Shown piece by piece: positions 10,358 to 20,321 of a stretch of 64,000 nt of DNA. The notes below the pieces were generated by a model. It was not told where the DNA came from, did not search any database, and was given only the letters and a program-made list of their open reading frames with translations. Position numbers and translations under genes: made by a program. The DNA comes from Methylocystis sp. (GTDB taxonomy: Bacteria; Pseudomonadota; Alphaproteobacteria; Rhizobiales; Beijerinckiaceae). The stretch is from contig JBPFDX010000094.1 of the NCBI GenBank assembly GCA_051061385.1, forward strand, positions 7,252-71,251, in the 5' to 3' direction. Every line of letters begins with the position of its first letter. The first letter of the stretch is position 1.

Positions 10358-12244
10358 TTATGCGCCGCGCGGCTTGCGCGGTCCCTTCGGCGGGCCCTTT
10401 CGCGGTCCCTTGCGCGGCGCGCCTCGGCCGCCAGCCGGACCTTTGCCTGGTCCACTGCGCGCGCCTTTGTGGGGGCCCTTATGCGTTCCGCCGCCTCGAG
10501 GGGGCCGCGCGTCTCCTGCGGCGCGCGGCCGATCGAATTTGCGCGCCCCGGACGGTCGGTCGCCGGGCCAGAATTCGCGCTCGCCGCGCGGCCTGTCGAA
10601 TTCCCGCGGCCGCTCCTGGCGCGTCGCGACCGCGCCGCGCGTATCGCGTCGCGCCTCGTCGCCGTCGCGGCGCGGCGGGCGCCTCTCGAAACGTGCGTCC
10701 TCACGATCGGGCGTTCGATAATTTTTGCGACTGCTCGCGCGGTCGTCCGGCCGTTGCTCGAATCTTTGCGTGTCGCGTGAACGTTCGTCGCGACTCTGCG
10801 GGCCGCGCGCGCCCGGCGCACGTGGGGCCCTCGCGCCGCTCTGTTCGTCGAAGCGCGGCGGCCGACGCGACCCGGTCGCAGCCCGCTCGCCGCGGGGCCT
10901 CTCGTCGCGAAGGAAACGCTCCCCGCGCGGCCTGCCTTCATCCGAGGGATGCTCGGACCGCGGGCTTCTCCGCGGCGCGCCATCCCCGCGCATCGATTCG
11001 AAGCGCCGAGCATTGCGCGATCGATTCTCCTCCTGCGCCGCCTTGCGTTGAACAGGCGTCACGCGCTCGACCGCGACCGCGCGACCCTTGCGGTCGGCGA
11101 CGGCGCCGCGCGTCACGCGCGCGCGCGGACCGGCGTCGCGACGCTCATCTCGCTCCTTGCGCAGCGTCGAGACATGTTTGCGCGCGCGCTTTTCGATGCG
11201 TTCCCGCATTTCCTGTTGTTCGGCTGGCGCCTTCTCGCGCAGCGGCGTCGCGAAATCCGCGCCGGCCAGTTCGGCGAGCGATTTGCCCAATTGTTCGCGC
11301 AGCGTTTTCAGACGAACTTCCTCGACCGCGCCTTCCGCAAGATCGCCGAGCTGGAACGGCCCGTAGGACACGCGGATCAGCCGCGTCACGTCGAGCCCGA
11401 GATGCGCCATGACGCGCTTGATCTCGCGGTTCTTGCCCTCGGTGAGGCTCATCGCGATCCAGGCGTTGGCGCCTTGCTCGCGCTCGAGTCGCGCTTCGAT
11501 CGGCGCATAATTGACGCCCTCGATCGTCACGCCGTTGCGCAGCGAATCGAGCTGCGCCTGATCGATGTCGCCGTGGGCCCGCACGCGGTAGCGCCGGGTC
11601 CAGCCGGTGGCCGGCAGTTCGAGCGTGCGCGCGAGGCCGCCGTCATTGGTGAGCAGCAGCAGCCCTTCGGTGTTGATGTCGAGCCGGCCGACGCTGACGA
11701 GACGCGGCAGATCGGGGTGGCGCTCCTCGAGAAAAGAGAACACCGTGGGGCGGCCTTCTTCGTCGCGCGCGGTGGTGACATAGCCCGCGGGCTTGTGGAA
11801 GAGAAAGAGCCGCGTGCGCTCGCGCGCCTGCATCGGCGCGCCGTCGATCGTGATCTTGTCGCTTTCCTGCACATTGAACGCGGGACTTGTCAGCACGCGG
11901 CCGTTGACGGCGACGCGGCCTTCCGCGATCCAGTGCTCTGCGTCGCGGCGCGAACAGACTCCCGCGCGCGCCATGACCTTGGCGATCCGCTCGCCCTCGA
12001 AGGCCTTTGCTTGCGGGGCGGGCGCAGGCTCGGCGCCGCGCTTCTTTACGGGTCGCTTGGCGCGCGCGCCTTCGGGGCCGTGCGAACCGGCTTTGTCGAA
12101 GCGCGGCTTGTCGAAGCGCGGCTTTGTTGGCCTTGCGTCTTTGCGCCCGACGGCGTTCGGCGCAGGCGCTTCCTTGGCGCGACGTCGCATGGGCCGGTCG
12201 CCGTCTTTTTGCGCCGGTCTTTCGTTGCGGTTCTTTTCTTTCAT
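10358..12244 (-). CDS. rluB: Ribosomal large-subunit pseudouridine synthase (RluB type) with S4 domain and long Arg-rich tails
   Basis: RIAKVMARAGVCSRR S4 domain, VGRLDINTEGLLL catalytic Asp; start at ATG 12244. Confidence 0.9.
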   Translation of the reverse strand: MKEKNRNERPAQKDGDRPMRRRAKEAPAPNAVGRKDARPTKPRFDKPRFDKAGSHGPEGARAKRPVKKRGAEPAPAPQAKAFEGERIAKVMARAGVCSRRDAEHWIAEGRVAVNGRVLTSPAFNVQESDKITIDGAPMQARERTRLFLFHKPAGYVTTARDEEGRPTVFSFLEERHPDLPRLVSVGRLDINTEGLLLLTNDGGLARTLELPATGWTRRYRVRAHGDIDQAQLDSLRNGVTIEGVNYAPIEARLEREQGANAWIAMSLTEGKNREIKRVMAHLGLDVTRLIRVSYGPFQLGDLAEGAVEEVRLKTLREQLGKSLAELAGADFATPLREKAPAEQQEMRERIEKRARKHVSTLRKERDERRDAGPRARVTRGAVADRKGRAVAVERVTPVQRKAAQEENRSRNARRFESMRGDGAPRRSPRSEHPSDEGRPRGERFLRDERPRGERAATGSRRPPRFDEQSGARAPRAPGARGPQSRDERSRDTQRFEQRPDDRASSRKNYRTPDREDARFERRPPRRDGDEARRDTRGAVATRQERPREFDRPRGEREFWPGDRPSGARKFDRPRAAGDARPPRGGGTHKGPHKGARSGPGKGPAGGRGAPRKGPRKGPPKGPRKPRGA

Positions 12245-12303
12245 GGGTTCTGATAGCAGGCGGGCAGCGCGCTTTGAAGCGCCATTGCGCAAGAGAGACG
12301 GGA

Positions 12304-12750
12304 ATGAACGGCAAGGATCCTTTCAGCGCCGCCTTCGACCAGGCGCGCGCCGCTGCGGCGGCGGGCGAAGTTCCGGTCGGCGCGGCGCTTATGCGCAACG
12401 GCGCCGTCATCGCCGCAGCAGGAAACCGAACGCTGCGCGACCGTGATCCGACCGCGCATGCTGAAATGCTCGTCATCCGCGAAGCCTGCGTCGCGATCGG
12501 CTCGGAGCGTCTCGTCGACTGCGATCTCTATGTGACGCTCGAGCCCTGCGCCATGTGCGCGGCCGCGATCAGCTTCGCGCGCTTCCGGCGGCTCTATTAC
12601 GCCGCGAGCGATCCGAAGGGGGGCGCGGTGGAGCACGGGCCGAGGTTCTTCGCGCAGCCGACCTGCCATCACCGGCCGGAAGTCTATGGCGGCATTCGCG
12701 AGAGCGAGGCCGCGGCGCTGCTGCGCGACTTCTTTCAGGCGCGGCGGTGA
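12304..12750 (+). CDS. tadA: tRNA adenosine deaminase / nucleoside deaminase
   Basis: GEVPVGA, HAEM, TLEPCAMC. Confidence 0.9.
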   Translation: MNGKDPFSAAFDQARAAAAAGEVPVGAALMRNGAVIAAAGNRTLRDRDPTAHAEMLVIREACVAIGSERLVDCDLYVTLEPCAMCAAAISFARFRRLYYAASDPKGGAVEHGPRFFAQPTCHHRPEVYGGIRESEAAALLRDFFQARR

Positions 12751-13595
12751 GCTTCCAGCCGTAGCGCGGCCTGCGCCAGCCCGTGACGCAGCGTATCGCG
12801 ACAGGCGTCTCCGGCGGCGAAGATGCGCGAGGCCTTGAAGAGGTCGAGCGCGAGATATTGATGCACCTCGGGCCGGATCAGGACGTCTGGCGGGCGCTCG
12901 GCGATCATGCGCGAGCTGATCGCGTTCATCATGATCTGGCTCGCGACGATCATCGTCTCGAAAGCGGACGGCGGCCCCTTGCCGGTCTCGACGCCGAAAT
13001 TGCCGGAGACGTCGACGGCGATGACGATGTCGGCAAGCCCCCAGAGGTGATCGTAGGGGAGCGGATTGACCAGGCCGCCATCGACGAAATAGCCGTGATC
13101 GCTCTGGGCGGCGCGCACGACGCCAGGGATCGCCATGGACCCCGCGACGGCCGGACGCAAGGGGCCTGTCGCGAAAACCGCCTCGACGCGTCGGCGAAAA
13201 TCCGTGGCGACGACCTGCAGCGGAATGCTCAATTCTTCGAAACGATCAGGCATGCCGTGGGGCCAAAAGGCCTGAAGAAAGCGTTCGCCGTCGAACAGCA
13301 GCGGATGCGCGACGCGGGAAAGAAGCCGCTTGCGTCCGCGCGCCCGCGCATGCAGCAGCCGGCGCGCGAGTCCGATGCGGTTCTTGAGGATGGCTTGCGT
13401 GTGGGCGCGCAGCTCCGCGCCGGAAAAGCCAGCCGCATAGGCGGCGCCGACGATGGCGCCGATCGAGGCGCCGGCGATGGCGACGGGCCGCACCCCCAGA
13501 TCGTCGAGTGCTTCAAGCACGCAAATATGCGCGAGTCCGCGGGCGCCGCCGCCGCCGAGCGCGAGCGCGACTGTTTTCCCGCGATAGAGGCTCAC
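12735..13595 (-). CDS. Patatin-like phospholipase
   Basis: GGGGARG, GASIG nucleophile, DGG motif; GTG start overlaps the upstream stop. Confidence 0.9.
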   Translation of the reverse strand: MSLYRGKTVALALGGGGARGLAHICVLEALDDLGVRPVAIAGASIGAIVGAAYAAGFSGAELRAHTQAILKNRIGLARRLLHARARGRKRLLSRVAHPLLFDGERFLQAFWPHGMPDRFEELSIPLQVVATDFRRRVEAVFATGPLRPAVAGSMAIPGVVRAAQSDHGYFVDGGLVNPLPYDHLWGLADIVIAVDVSGNFGVETGKGPPSAFETMIVASQIMMNAISSRMIAERPPDVLIRPEVHQYLALDLFKASRIFAAGDACRDTLRHGLAQAALRLEAHRRA

Positions 13596-14476
13596 AGGAA
13601 TTTCTCCAAGGCGGCGAGCGTCTCCGCCGGCGCCTCCTCCATTGGATAAAGTCCGGAGTCGACGCGCGCCTCGGCGATGTCGTCGCCCCATTCGCGCCAG
13701 GCGGCGACGAGGGAAGGGCCATTTGCGGGGAATGTCGCATCGCCCGCGACGATCAGCGTCGGCATCGCGAGTTTCCTGCCTTCGGCTTTGTCGGCGGCAA
13801 GCTGCTCGCGGTCGAAGGTCGCCCCGGCGCGAAAATCCTCGCAGAAAGCGTGGATACGCGCCGGATCGTTGAAGGCCTGACGATAGGCGGCGAGCGCGTC
13901 CGCGCAAAATACGTCCAGCGACTTCGCTTTCGTCGCGTTCATCAGCGCATCGTCGAGAAAGCCGACGGGATCGAGGCCGATCAGCTCTTCCGGCTTGGGC
14001 GCGTCAGCAGCGAGGAAGCGCGCGCGTCCGACGCGCTGCAGATCGCCATCGCCGAAATCATCGTCAACCGGCGCGATATTGATGAGCGCAATCTTGTCGA
14101 GCCGGCCGGGCTGGTCGAGCGCGAGGCGCTGGCCGACGCGCGCGCCCCTGTCGTGCCCGACGAGCGCGAAGCGCGCATGACCGAGCGATTCCATAACCAA
14201 CACGACGTCGGCGGCCATCTCCCGCTTCGTGTAATGCTCGCCCTTTTCGCTCGCGGGGACGGACGACCATCCGTAGCCGCGAAGATCCATTGCGACGACC
14301 GTGAACCGTTTCGCGAGCGTCGACGCGATCTTATGCCAGGCGACATGGGTTTCGCCGAACCCGTGTAACAGGATCACCGGCGAGCCCTCGCCACGGACGC
14401 GGGCGAATATTTTTCCAGCCGGCGCGTCGATCCAATGCGAAGCAAAACCCGGGAACAGATGCGCGTGATCGGACAT
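13592..14476 (-). CDS. Alpha/beta hydrolase of the fluoroacetate/haloacetate dehalogenase family with substituted catalytic residues
   Basis: LLHGF, DLRGYG, GHDRGARV retained; SGLY in place of SGHF. Confidence 0.85.
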   Translation of the reverse strand: MSDHAHLFPGFASHWIDAPAGKIFARVRGEGSPVILLHGFGETHVAWHKIASTLAKRFTVVAMDLRGYGWSSVPASEKGEHYTKREMAADVVLVMESLGHARFALVGHDRGARVGQRLALDQPGRLDKIALINIAPVDDDFGDGDLQRVGRARFLAADAPKPEELIGLDPVGFLDDALMNATKAKSLDVFCADALAAYRQAFNDPARIHAFCEDFRAGATFDREQLAADKAEGRKLAMPTLIVAGDATFPANGPSLVAAWREWGDDIAEARVDSGLYPMEEAPAETLAALEKFL

Positions 14477-14573
14477 TTTTTAAAACCATCTCCTACGGCG
14501 TGCGAGAGCGTTCGCGTGAATGTTATACAGTATCAGCTCCATCGCTCTCGAAATATATATCGCGGACCGTCAA

Positions 14574-14586
14574 GCGACTATGTCAC
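14574..14586. promoter_or_regulatory. Palindromic motif (reverse orientation) GTGAC-ATA-GTCGC (copy 2 of 4)
   Basis: Plus strand reads GCGACTATGTCAC, in the divergent promoter region between the hydrolase and the carbonic anhydrase. Confidence 0.55.
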
Positions 14587-14689
14587 GAAGATCGCGCTGT
14601 TCCTCTGCTTGAAAAGCAAGCTGAAGCGCTTCAATGTTGAGGCAGGTCAAAAAAATTTAGAAGCAACGAACGCAACAAGGGAGAGAGAG

Positions 14690-15274
14690 ATGGCTAGCCA
14701 GATCGTCAACGAAGTTGTCTCCGCAAACAACGCTTACGCCGCCGATTTCGGTAAGAAGAGCGAACTCGCGCTGCCGCCGGCGCGCGGGTTCGCAATCCTG
14801 ACCTGCATGGACGCGCGTCTTGATCCGGCAAAATACGCCGGCCTTTCGGAAGGCGACGCGCATGTGATCCGCAACGCCGGCGGTCGCGCGTCGGACGACG
14901 CGATTCGCTCGCTGGTGATTTCTCACAAGCTGCTCGGCACCAAGGAGTGGTTCGTCATTCACCACACCAATTGCGGCATGGAGCTCTTCTGCGACGAGAT
15001 CATGAGCGACCTGCTGGACGACAGCCTCGCCACGGCGAGTTTCGACGGCAAGAACTGGTCGAACCCGCAACATGGCGGCGGCTGCGCGGCCGGCCACTTC
15101 ATCAAACGGCACACGATCAAGAATCAGGAGGAGAGCGTCGCGCAGGACGTCGCGCGCATCCGTTCGCATCCGCTGGTGCCGAAGAACATCCCGATCTACG
15201 GCTACGTCTATGATGTGAAGACCGGCAAGATCAACGAGGTCTCGGAAGCGACCAAGGTCGGCAAGGCGGCGTAG
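14690..15274 (+). CDS. Beta-class carbonic anhydrase, clade D (COS/CS2-hydrolase-like)
   Basis: TCMDARL, HVIRNAGG and HHTNCG Zn ligands; start ATG 14690 after GGGAG. Confidence 0.9.
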   Translation: MASQIVNEVVSANNAYAADFGKKSELALPPARGFAILTCMDARLDPAKYAGLSEGDAHVIRNAGGRASDDAIRSLVISHKLLGTKEWFVIHHTNCGMELFCDEIMSDLLDDSLATASFDGKNWSNPQHGGGCAAGHFIKRHTIKNQEESVAQDVARIRSHPLVPKNIPIYGYVYDVKTGKINEVSEATKVGKAA

Positions 15275-15319
15275 CGCTTCGCGACGCGAATGCGCGGTTC
15301 GTGATCAGCCGCGTTCAGG

Positions 15320-15344
15320 ATCCCCGACGCGCAGCGTCGGGGAT
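15320..15344. terminator. GC-rich hairpin between convergent genes
   Basis: ATCCCCGACGC-GCA-GCGTCGGGGAT, 11-bp stem. Confidence 0.55.
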
Positions 15345-15377
15345 GAGAGAGGTCTCTAAAACGCTCGGCGTGGCTTG

Positions 15378-15719
15378 TCACTCCACCGCGCCGCCGCGGG
15401 CGCGCCAGCCGCCGGTGCCCGGCGCATAATGGCGAATGTCGTTTCGGCCGACGTTTTGCGCCTGCGCAAGCGCCTTGGCCGATCGCCCGCCCGCCTGGCA
15501 GATCAGAACCACGTCGCCCTTCGGAAGCTTCGTCGGATCGAAGCTCGAGAGCGGCATGTTCTTGGCGCCCGGCACATGGCCGGCGCCATATTCGTGCGGC
15601 TCGCGCACGTCAACGACGGCGCAGGACTTGTCCGCCACGACGCGGCAGAAATCGTCATGCTCGATAGTCGGCGCCGAGCCGCCGCCGGCGAGTTTCGACA
15701 GGAGAGAGCCCAGAGTCAT
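15378..15719 (-). CDS. Single-domain rhodanese (sulfurtransferase)
   Basis: VVDVREPHEY, GHVPGA, active-site loop CQAGGRS, GGW. Confidence 0.9.
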   Translation of the reverse strand: MTLGSLLSKLAGGGSAPTIEHDDFCRVVADKSCAVVDVREPHEYGAGHVPGAKNMPLSSFDPTKLPKGDVVLICQAGGRSAKALAQAQNVGRNDIRHYAPGTGGWRARGGAVE

Positions 15720-15735
15720 TTTCGTTCCTTTCGTC

Positions 15736-16089
15736 TCAGGCTTGCTTTTCGGCGTCGAACTGGGAGAAGGCGGCGAGCGCATGGCTCGCATACATCACCG
15801 ACGGTCCGGCGCCCATGTAGATGCTCATGGCGAGCGTCTCCATCACCTCCTCGCGCGTGGCGCCGCGCTGCGACGCGGCTTTGGCGTGAAAGGCGATGCA
15901 ATCGTCGCAGCGCACTGCGACGCTGACCGCAAGCGCGATCAGTTCCTTTGTCTTGGCGTCGAGCGCGCCTTGCGCGCCCGCCGAGATCGCCATCGCCGAA
16001 AAGGCTTTCATCACCTCGGGCGAGCCGACCCGCAATTCGCGGATGTCGGCGGAAAGCTTCTTGGCGAGGGCCGCCCAGTCTTCGGTCAT
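15736..16089 (-). CDS. Carboxymuconolactone decarboxylase/AhpD-family protein
   Basis: GALDAKTKELIALAV, RCDDCIAFH (CxxC); ATGA overlap with the RND permease stop. Confidence 0.88.
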   Translation of the reverse strand: MTEDWAALAKKLSADIRELRVGSPEVMKAFSAMAISAGAQGALDAKTKELIALAVSVAVRCDDCIAFHAKAASQRGATREEVMETLAMSIYMGAGPSVMYASHALAAFSQFDAEKQA

Positions 16090-19000
16090 GAGGCGCTCCT
16101 TGGCGTTTCGTCGTCGCGCAGAACGACATAGATCGCGGGGATGACGAGCAGGGTGAGCGCCGTCGACGAGGCGAGGCCAAAGACGAGCGAAATGGCGAGA
16201 CCCTGAAAGATCGGATCGGTGAGAATAAAGGCCGCGCCGATGATCGCCGCGGCGGCGGTGAGAAAGATGGGCTTGAAGCGCACCGCGCCCGCCTCGATCA
16301 GCGCGGCGCGCAGCGTCATGCCGCGCGCCCGTAAATGCCGGATGAAGTCGACGAGCAGGATGGAATTGCGCACGACGATTCCGGCGAGCGCGATAAAGCC
16401 GATCATCGATGTCGCGGTGAAGGCGGCGTTGAACAAGATGTGGCCGATGACGATGCCGACGAGCGTCAGCGGCACCGGCGCCAGGATGACCAGCGGCAGT
16501 TTGAACGAGCCGAACTGCGCGACGACGAGAAGGTAGATGCCGAGCAGCGCCACCATGAAGGCTGCGCCCATGTCGCGGAAGGTGACATAGGTCACTTCCC
16601 ACTCGCCGTCCCAGAGCAGCGTCGGCTGCGAATCGTCGAGCGGCTGGCCGTGATATTTGATCGTCGGCGGTCCCGAAGGTCCCCAGTCCATCTTGTCGAT
16701 CGCGTCTTCGACCGCGAGCATGCCATAGATCGGCGCTTCCAAACGGCCGGCGACCTCGGCGCTGACCATTTCGGCGAAGCGGCCATTGTGACGGAAGATC
16801 GGGTAGGAGCCGAGTTCGCGCGTCGCCTTGACGACGTCGCCGAGTTCGACATTGGCGCCCTGGCGCTCGGTGCCGCCGGCGGGCAGCGGCGTTGACAGGA
16901 TTCCTTCGCCGGGCGTCATCGCCGAGCGCGGCAGCGCCACCGTTATGTCGACAGGCTTGGCGCCGCCGCCCTTTTGCGAAAAGCCGATCTTGACGCCGCC
17001 GACCAGGGCGCCGATCGTGTCGTAGACGGCGCGCTCCTCGACGCCGTGATACTCGAGCGCCTCCTGATCGATCTCGAAGCGCAGGCGCTCGGCGCGCTGA
17101 CCGTAGCTGTCGTCGGTGTCGACGACGAAATCGACGGCGTCGAAAGCCTTGCGCACCTTCGCTGCGAGATCGCGCCGCGATTGCGCGTCCGGACCATAGA
17201 CCTCGGCGAGCAGCGTCGACAGCACGGGCGGGCCCGGCGGCACTTCGACGACCTTGATCGCAGTGTGTTCGGGCGCCGGCAGTCCCTCGAGCTTCTTGCG
17301 AATATCGAGCGCAATCGCATGGCTCGCGCGGCTGCGCTCGCCTTTCGGCTGGAGATTGATCGCCAGATCGCCCATCTCGGGCGCGTTGCGCATGTAATAG
17401 TGCCGCACGAGGCCGTTGAAGTTGAAGGGCGCGGCGGCGCCCGCATAGGACTGAATGGAGGTCAGTTCCGGAATGTCCTTGAGGCGTTCCGCCGCCGCCG
17501 TCAGCACCCGGTCCGTTTCTTCGAGCGAAGCGCCGCGCGGCAGATCGACGACGACGGCGATCTCCGACTTGTTGTCGAAGGGCAGCAGTTTCACGCGCAC
17601 GGTCTTCGTTGCGAAGAGCGTCATTGAGAGAAGCGTCGCGAGGCCGACCGCCGTAAGAAACCACTGCGAGCGCTTGCGGCCTTTCAGCAACGGCGTCGCC
17701 ACGCGCACGTAGAAATTGCCCATGGCGCCGCGTTCATGCGCATGATCGACGCCGTCGCCGCGCTCCTGCGCGAAACGCTTGCCGGCGACCTTGAGCAGGA
17801 GCCAAGGCGTAATCGTCATGGCGACGAAGAAGGAGAAGATCATCGCAAGCGAAGCGTTCGCGGGAATGGGGCTCATATAGGGCCCCATCAGACCTGAGAC
17901 GAACATCATTGGCAGCAGGGCGGCGACGATCGTGAGCGTCGCGACGATCGTCGGATTGCCGACTTCCGCCACCGCCTCGACGGCCGTGTCGATCAGGCTG
18001 CGCGAGCCGCGCATATGCCAGTGGCGCACGATGTTCTCGACGACGACGATGGCGTCGTCGACGAGAATGCCGATCGAGAAGATAAGCGCGAAAAGGCTGA
18101 CGCGATTGATCGTATAGCCCATCAGCCAGGAGGCGAAGAGCGTGAGCAGAATCGTCGTCGGGATGATGACGAAGACGACGACGCCCTCGCGCCAGCCGAC
18201 CATCACGACGATGAGCGCCACGATCGAGACGGTCGCCAGCGCGAGATGGAACAGCAGCTCATTGGCCTTCTCGGTCGCCGTCTCGCCATAGTCGCGGGTC
18301 ACCGCGATCTCGATGTCGTCAGGAACGATGCGGCCTTTGACGGCCTCGAGCCGATGCATGATCTCATCGGCGACGACGACGGCGTTAGCGCCCTTGCGCT
18401 TGGCGATCGCGATGCTGACGGCGGGGCGCTTGTCGAGGCCGCCGGCGGCGTTGCGCGTCATGGTCCAGCTGCGCCGGTCGGGCTCGGCGGCGCCGACGCG
18501 CACCTCGGCCACGTCCTTCACATAGACCGGGCGGCCGTCTCTTGTGGTCAGCAGCAGCTGGCCGACGTCGGGGACGCCCTGCAGCGTCTGGCCGGCGACG
18601 ACAGGCACGGCGCGATTGCCCTCGCGGAACGCGCCGACGAGAAAGGAACGGTTGGCGTTGGTCAGCTTGTCGATCAGCTGATTGAGCGTCACGCCATATT
18701 GCGACAGGCGTTCGGGATCGGGCTCGACGCGGATCTGATTAGGGCTGCCGCCGACGATGTAGCTTAAGCCGACGTCATTGACCTTGGTGAGGTCGTGCTG
18801 CAATTCCTCGGCGACCTGATAGAGGCCATTGTCGGTCCAGCGATCGGCGCGCTCGGGCTTCGCCGAAAGCGTCAGCACGACGATCGCGACGTCGTCTATG
18901 CCGCGGCCAACGATCAGCGGCTCGGGAATGCCCTTCGGCAGATCGCTGATGTTGGCGCGCATCTTGTCGTGGATGCGCAGGACGGCGTTGTCCTGCGACG

Positions 19001-19322
19001 TGCCGACGTAAAAGCGCGCCGTGACCACCACATTGTCGTCGCGCGTCTGCGAATAGACGTGCTCGACGCCGTTGACGCCCTTGATGATGTCCTCGAGCGG
19101 GCGCGTGATGAGTTCGATCGCGTCTTCCGCCTTATAGCCATTGGCCGACACCATGATGTCGACCATCGGCACGGAGATCTGCGGCTCCTCCTCGCGCGGC
19201 AGCGAGCGCAGCGCGATCAGTCCGACAAGAATCGAAGCGAGCAGGAGGAGCGGCGTCAGCGGCGAATTGATGAAAGCGCGCGTCAGCGTGCCGGAAATGC
19301 CCGGACGAAATTCATCGCTCAT
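16086..19322 (-). CDS. RND efflux permease (AcrB/AcrD/AcrF family)
   Basis: PREEEPQI, GILVDDAIVVVENI, RNSILLVDF, RFKPIFLT; 1078 aa. Confidence 0.93.
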   Translation of the reverse strand: MSDEFRPGISGTLTRAFINSPLTPLLLLASILVGLIALRSLPREEEPQISVPMVDIMVSANGYKAEDAIELITRPLEDIIKGVNGVEHVYSQTRDDNVVVTARFYVGTSQDNAVLRIHDKMRANISDLPKGIPEPLIVGRGIDDVAIVVLTLSAKPERADRWTDNGLYQVAEELQHDLTKVNDVGLSYIVGGSPNQIRVEPDPERLSQYGVTLNQLIDKLTNANRSFLVGAFREGNRAVPVVAGQTLQGVPDVGQLLLTTRDGRPVYVKDVAEVRVGAAEPDRRSWTMTRNAAGGLDKRPAVSIAIAKRKGANAVVVADEIMHRLEAVKGRIVPDDIEIAVTRDYGETATEKANELLFHLALATVSIVALIVVMVGWREGVVVFVIIPTTILLTLFASWLMGYTINRVSLFALIFSIGILVDDAIVVVENIVRHWHMRGSRSLIDTAVEAVAEVGNPTIVATLTIVAALLPMMFVSGLMGPYMSPIPANASLAMIFSFFVAMTITPWLLLKVAGKRFAQERGDGVDHAHERGAMGNFYVRVATPLLKGRKRSQWFLTAVGLATLLSMTLFATKTVRVKLLPFDNKSEIAVVVDLPRGASLEETDRVLTAAAERLKDIPELTSIQSYAGAAAPFNFNGLVRHYYMRNAPEMGDLAINLQPKGERSRASHAIALDIRKKLEGLPAPEHTAIKVVEVPPGPPVLSTLLAEVYGPDAQSRRDLAAKVRKAFDAVDFVVDTDDSYGQRAERLRFEIDQEALEYHGVEERAVYDTIGALVGGVKIGFSQKGGGAKPVDITVALPRSAMTPGEGILSTPLPAGGTERQGANVELGDVVKATRELGSYPIFRHNGRFAEMVSAEVAGRLEAPIYGMLAVEDAIDKMDWGPSGPPTIKYHGQPLDDSQPTLLWDGEWEVTYVTFRDMGAAFMVALLGIYLLVVAQFGSFKLPLVILAPVPLTLVGIVIGHILFNAAFTATSMIGFIALAGIVVRNSILLVDFIRHLRARGMTLRAALIEAGAVRFKPIFLTAAAAIIGAAFILTDPIFQGLAISLVFGLASSTALTLLVIPAIYVVLRDDETPRSAS

Positions 19323-20308
19323 GGCGTCGACACCACGTCGCCGTCATGGAGACCGGAAAGAATTTCGACGCCGTCGCCATGCGCTTCGCCAGGCTGAACG
19401 ACGATCTCCTCGCCGGAGGCAAGGCGGACGAAATCCACGCCGGCGCGTCGATAGACGGCGGCGCGCGGGATGATGATCGTGTCGCGCTTGCCCGTCGTGA
19501 CGTAAACGCGGGCCCGTTCGCCGACGAAATAGTCGCCGAGCCCTACGACATCGACGTCGGCGATGACGCGGCCGCCCTGAATTTCGGGATAGACGATGCG
19601 CACGCGCCCCTGCTTGCGCTCACCGCCCGCTTCTTCGTGCAGGCCGCGCGCGCCGATCTCGACCTTGTCGCCGGCGCGCATGAACCGCGCGTGGCGCTCC
19701 GGCAGTTGCAGGCGCAGAATGTATTTGTCCTCGGCGATCGTCGCGATGGTTTCGCCGGGCATCACCACGCGGCCGACGGAGACAGGAATGGTGAGGATGC
19801 GTCCTGGCCCCGGCGCGCGCACCGAGCCCTCCGCCGCCTGTTGTTCGATCACGCTGCGATCCGAGCGCAGCGCGGCGAGGTTGCGGTCGGCGACGTCGAG
19901 CGCGGTCTTCGCGTGATCGAACAGCGCCTTCGTATAGACGCCGCGGCGGAAAAGCTCCTGCGCGCGGTCGAAGTCGGACTGCGCCTTGTCGCGCTGGGCC
20001 TGCTGCGAGCGGATGCGCTGGTCGAGCGCCTGCATCTGCAAAAACAGCTTCTGGTCGACGACCGAGGCGATCTCGGCGCCGCCGGCGACGTCGTCGCCCT
20101 CTTTAATCTTGAGCGCGCTCACCGTCCCGCCGATTCGTGCCCTAGCCGTCAGTTGATGCGCAGGCTCCACGGAAGCGACGACGGCCTTGAGGTCCTCGAC
20201 CGGGGCGACCCGGATCGTGACCTCTCCGGCCTTGGCGCCCAAGGAGAAGGCGAGCGCGGCGAGGAGCGCCGTCGTCGGCGAAAAATGGAGGCGGCGCATT
20301 TGTCTCAT
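19319..20308 (-). CDS. RND periplasmic adaptor (membrane fusion protein)
   Basis: Signal peptide, ARIGG lipoyl half-motifs flanking a coiled coil, C-terminal SGLHDGD. Confidence 0.9.
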   Translation of the reverse strand: MRQMRRLHFSPTTALLAALAFSLGAKAGEVTIRVAPVEDLKAVVASVEPAHQLTARARIGGTVSALKIKEGDDVAGGAEIASVVDQKLFLQMQALDQRIRSQQAQRDKAQSDFDRAQELFRRGVYTKALFDHAKTALDVADRNLAALRSDRSVIEQQAAEGSVRAPGPGRILTIPVSVGRVVMPGETIATIAEDKYILRLQLPERHARFMRAGDKVEIGARGLHEEAGGERKQGRVRIVYPEIQGGRVIADVDVVGLGDYFVGERARVYVTTGKRDTIIIPRAAVYRRAGVDFVRLASGEEIVVQPGEAHGDGVEILSGLHDGDVVSTP

Positions 20309-20321
20309 GCAGCCCAGTTAT

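Noticed and set aside
10358-12244. Long Arg/Pro/Gly-rich tails and short tandem repeats (PRFDK x2, KGP repeats) in RluB
   Set aside because: Low-complexity extensions are common in alphaproteobacterial RluB; not a repeat array
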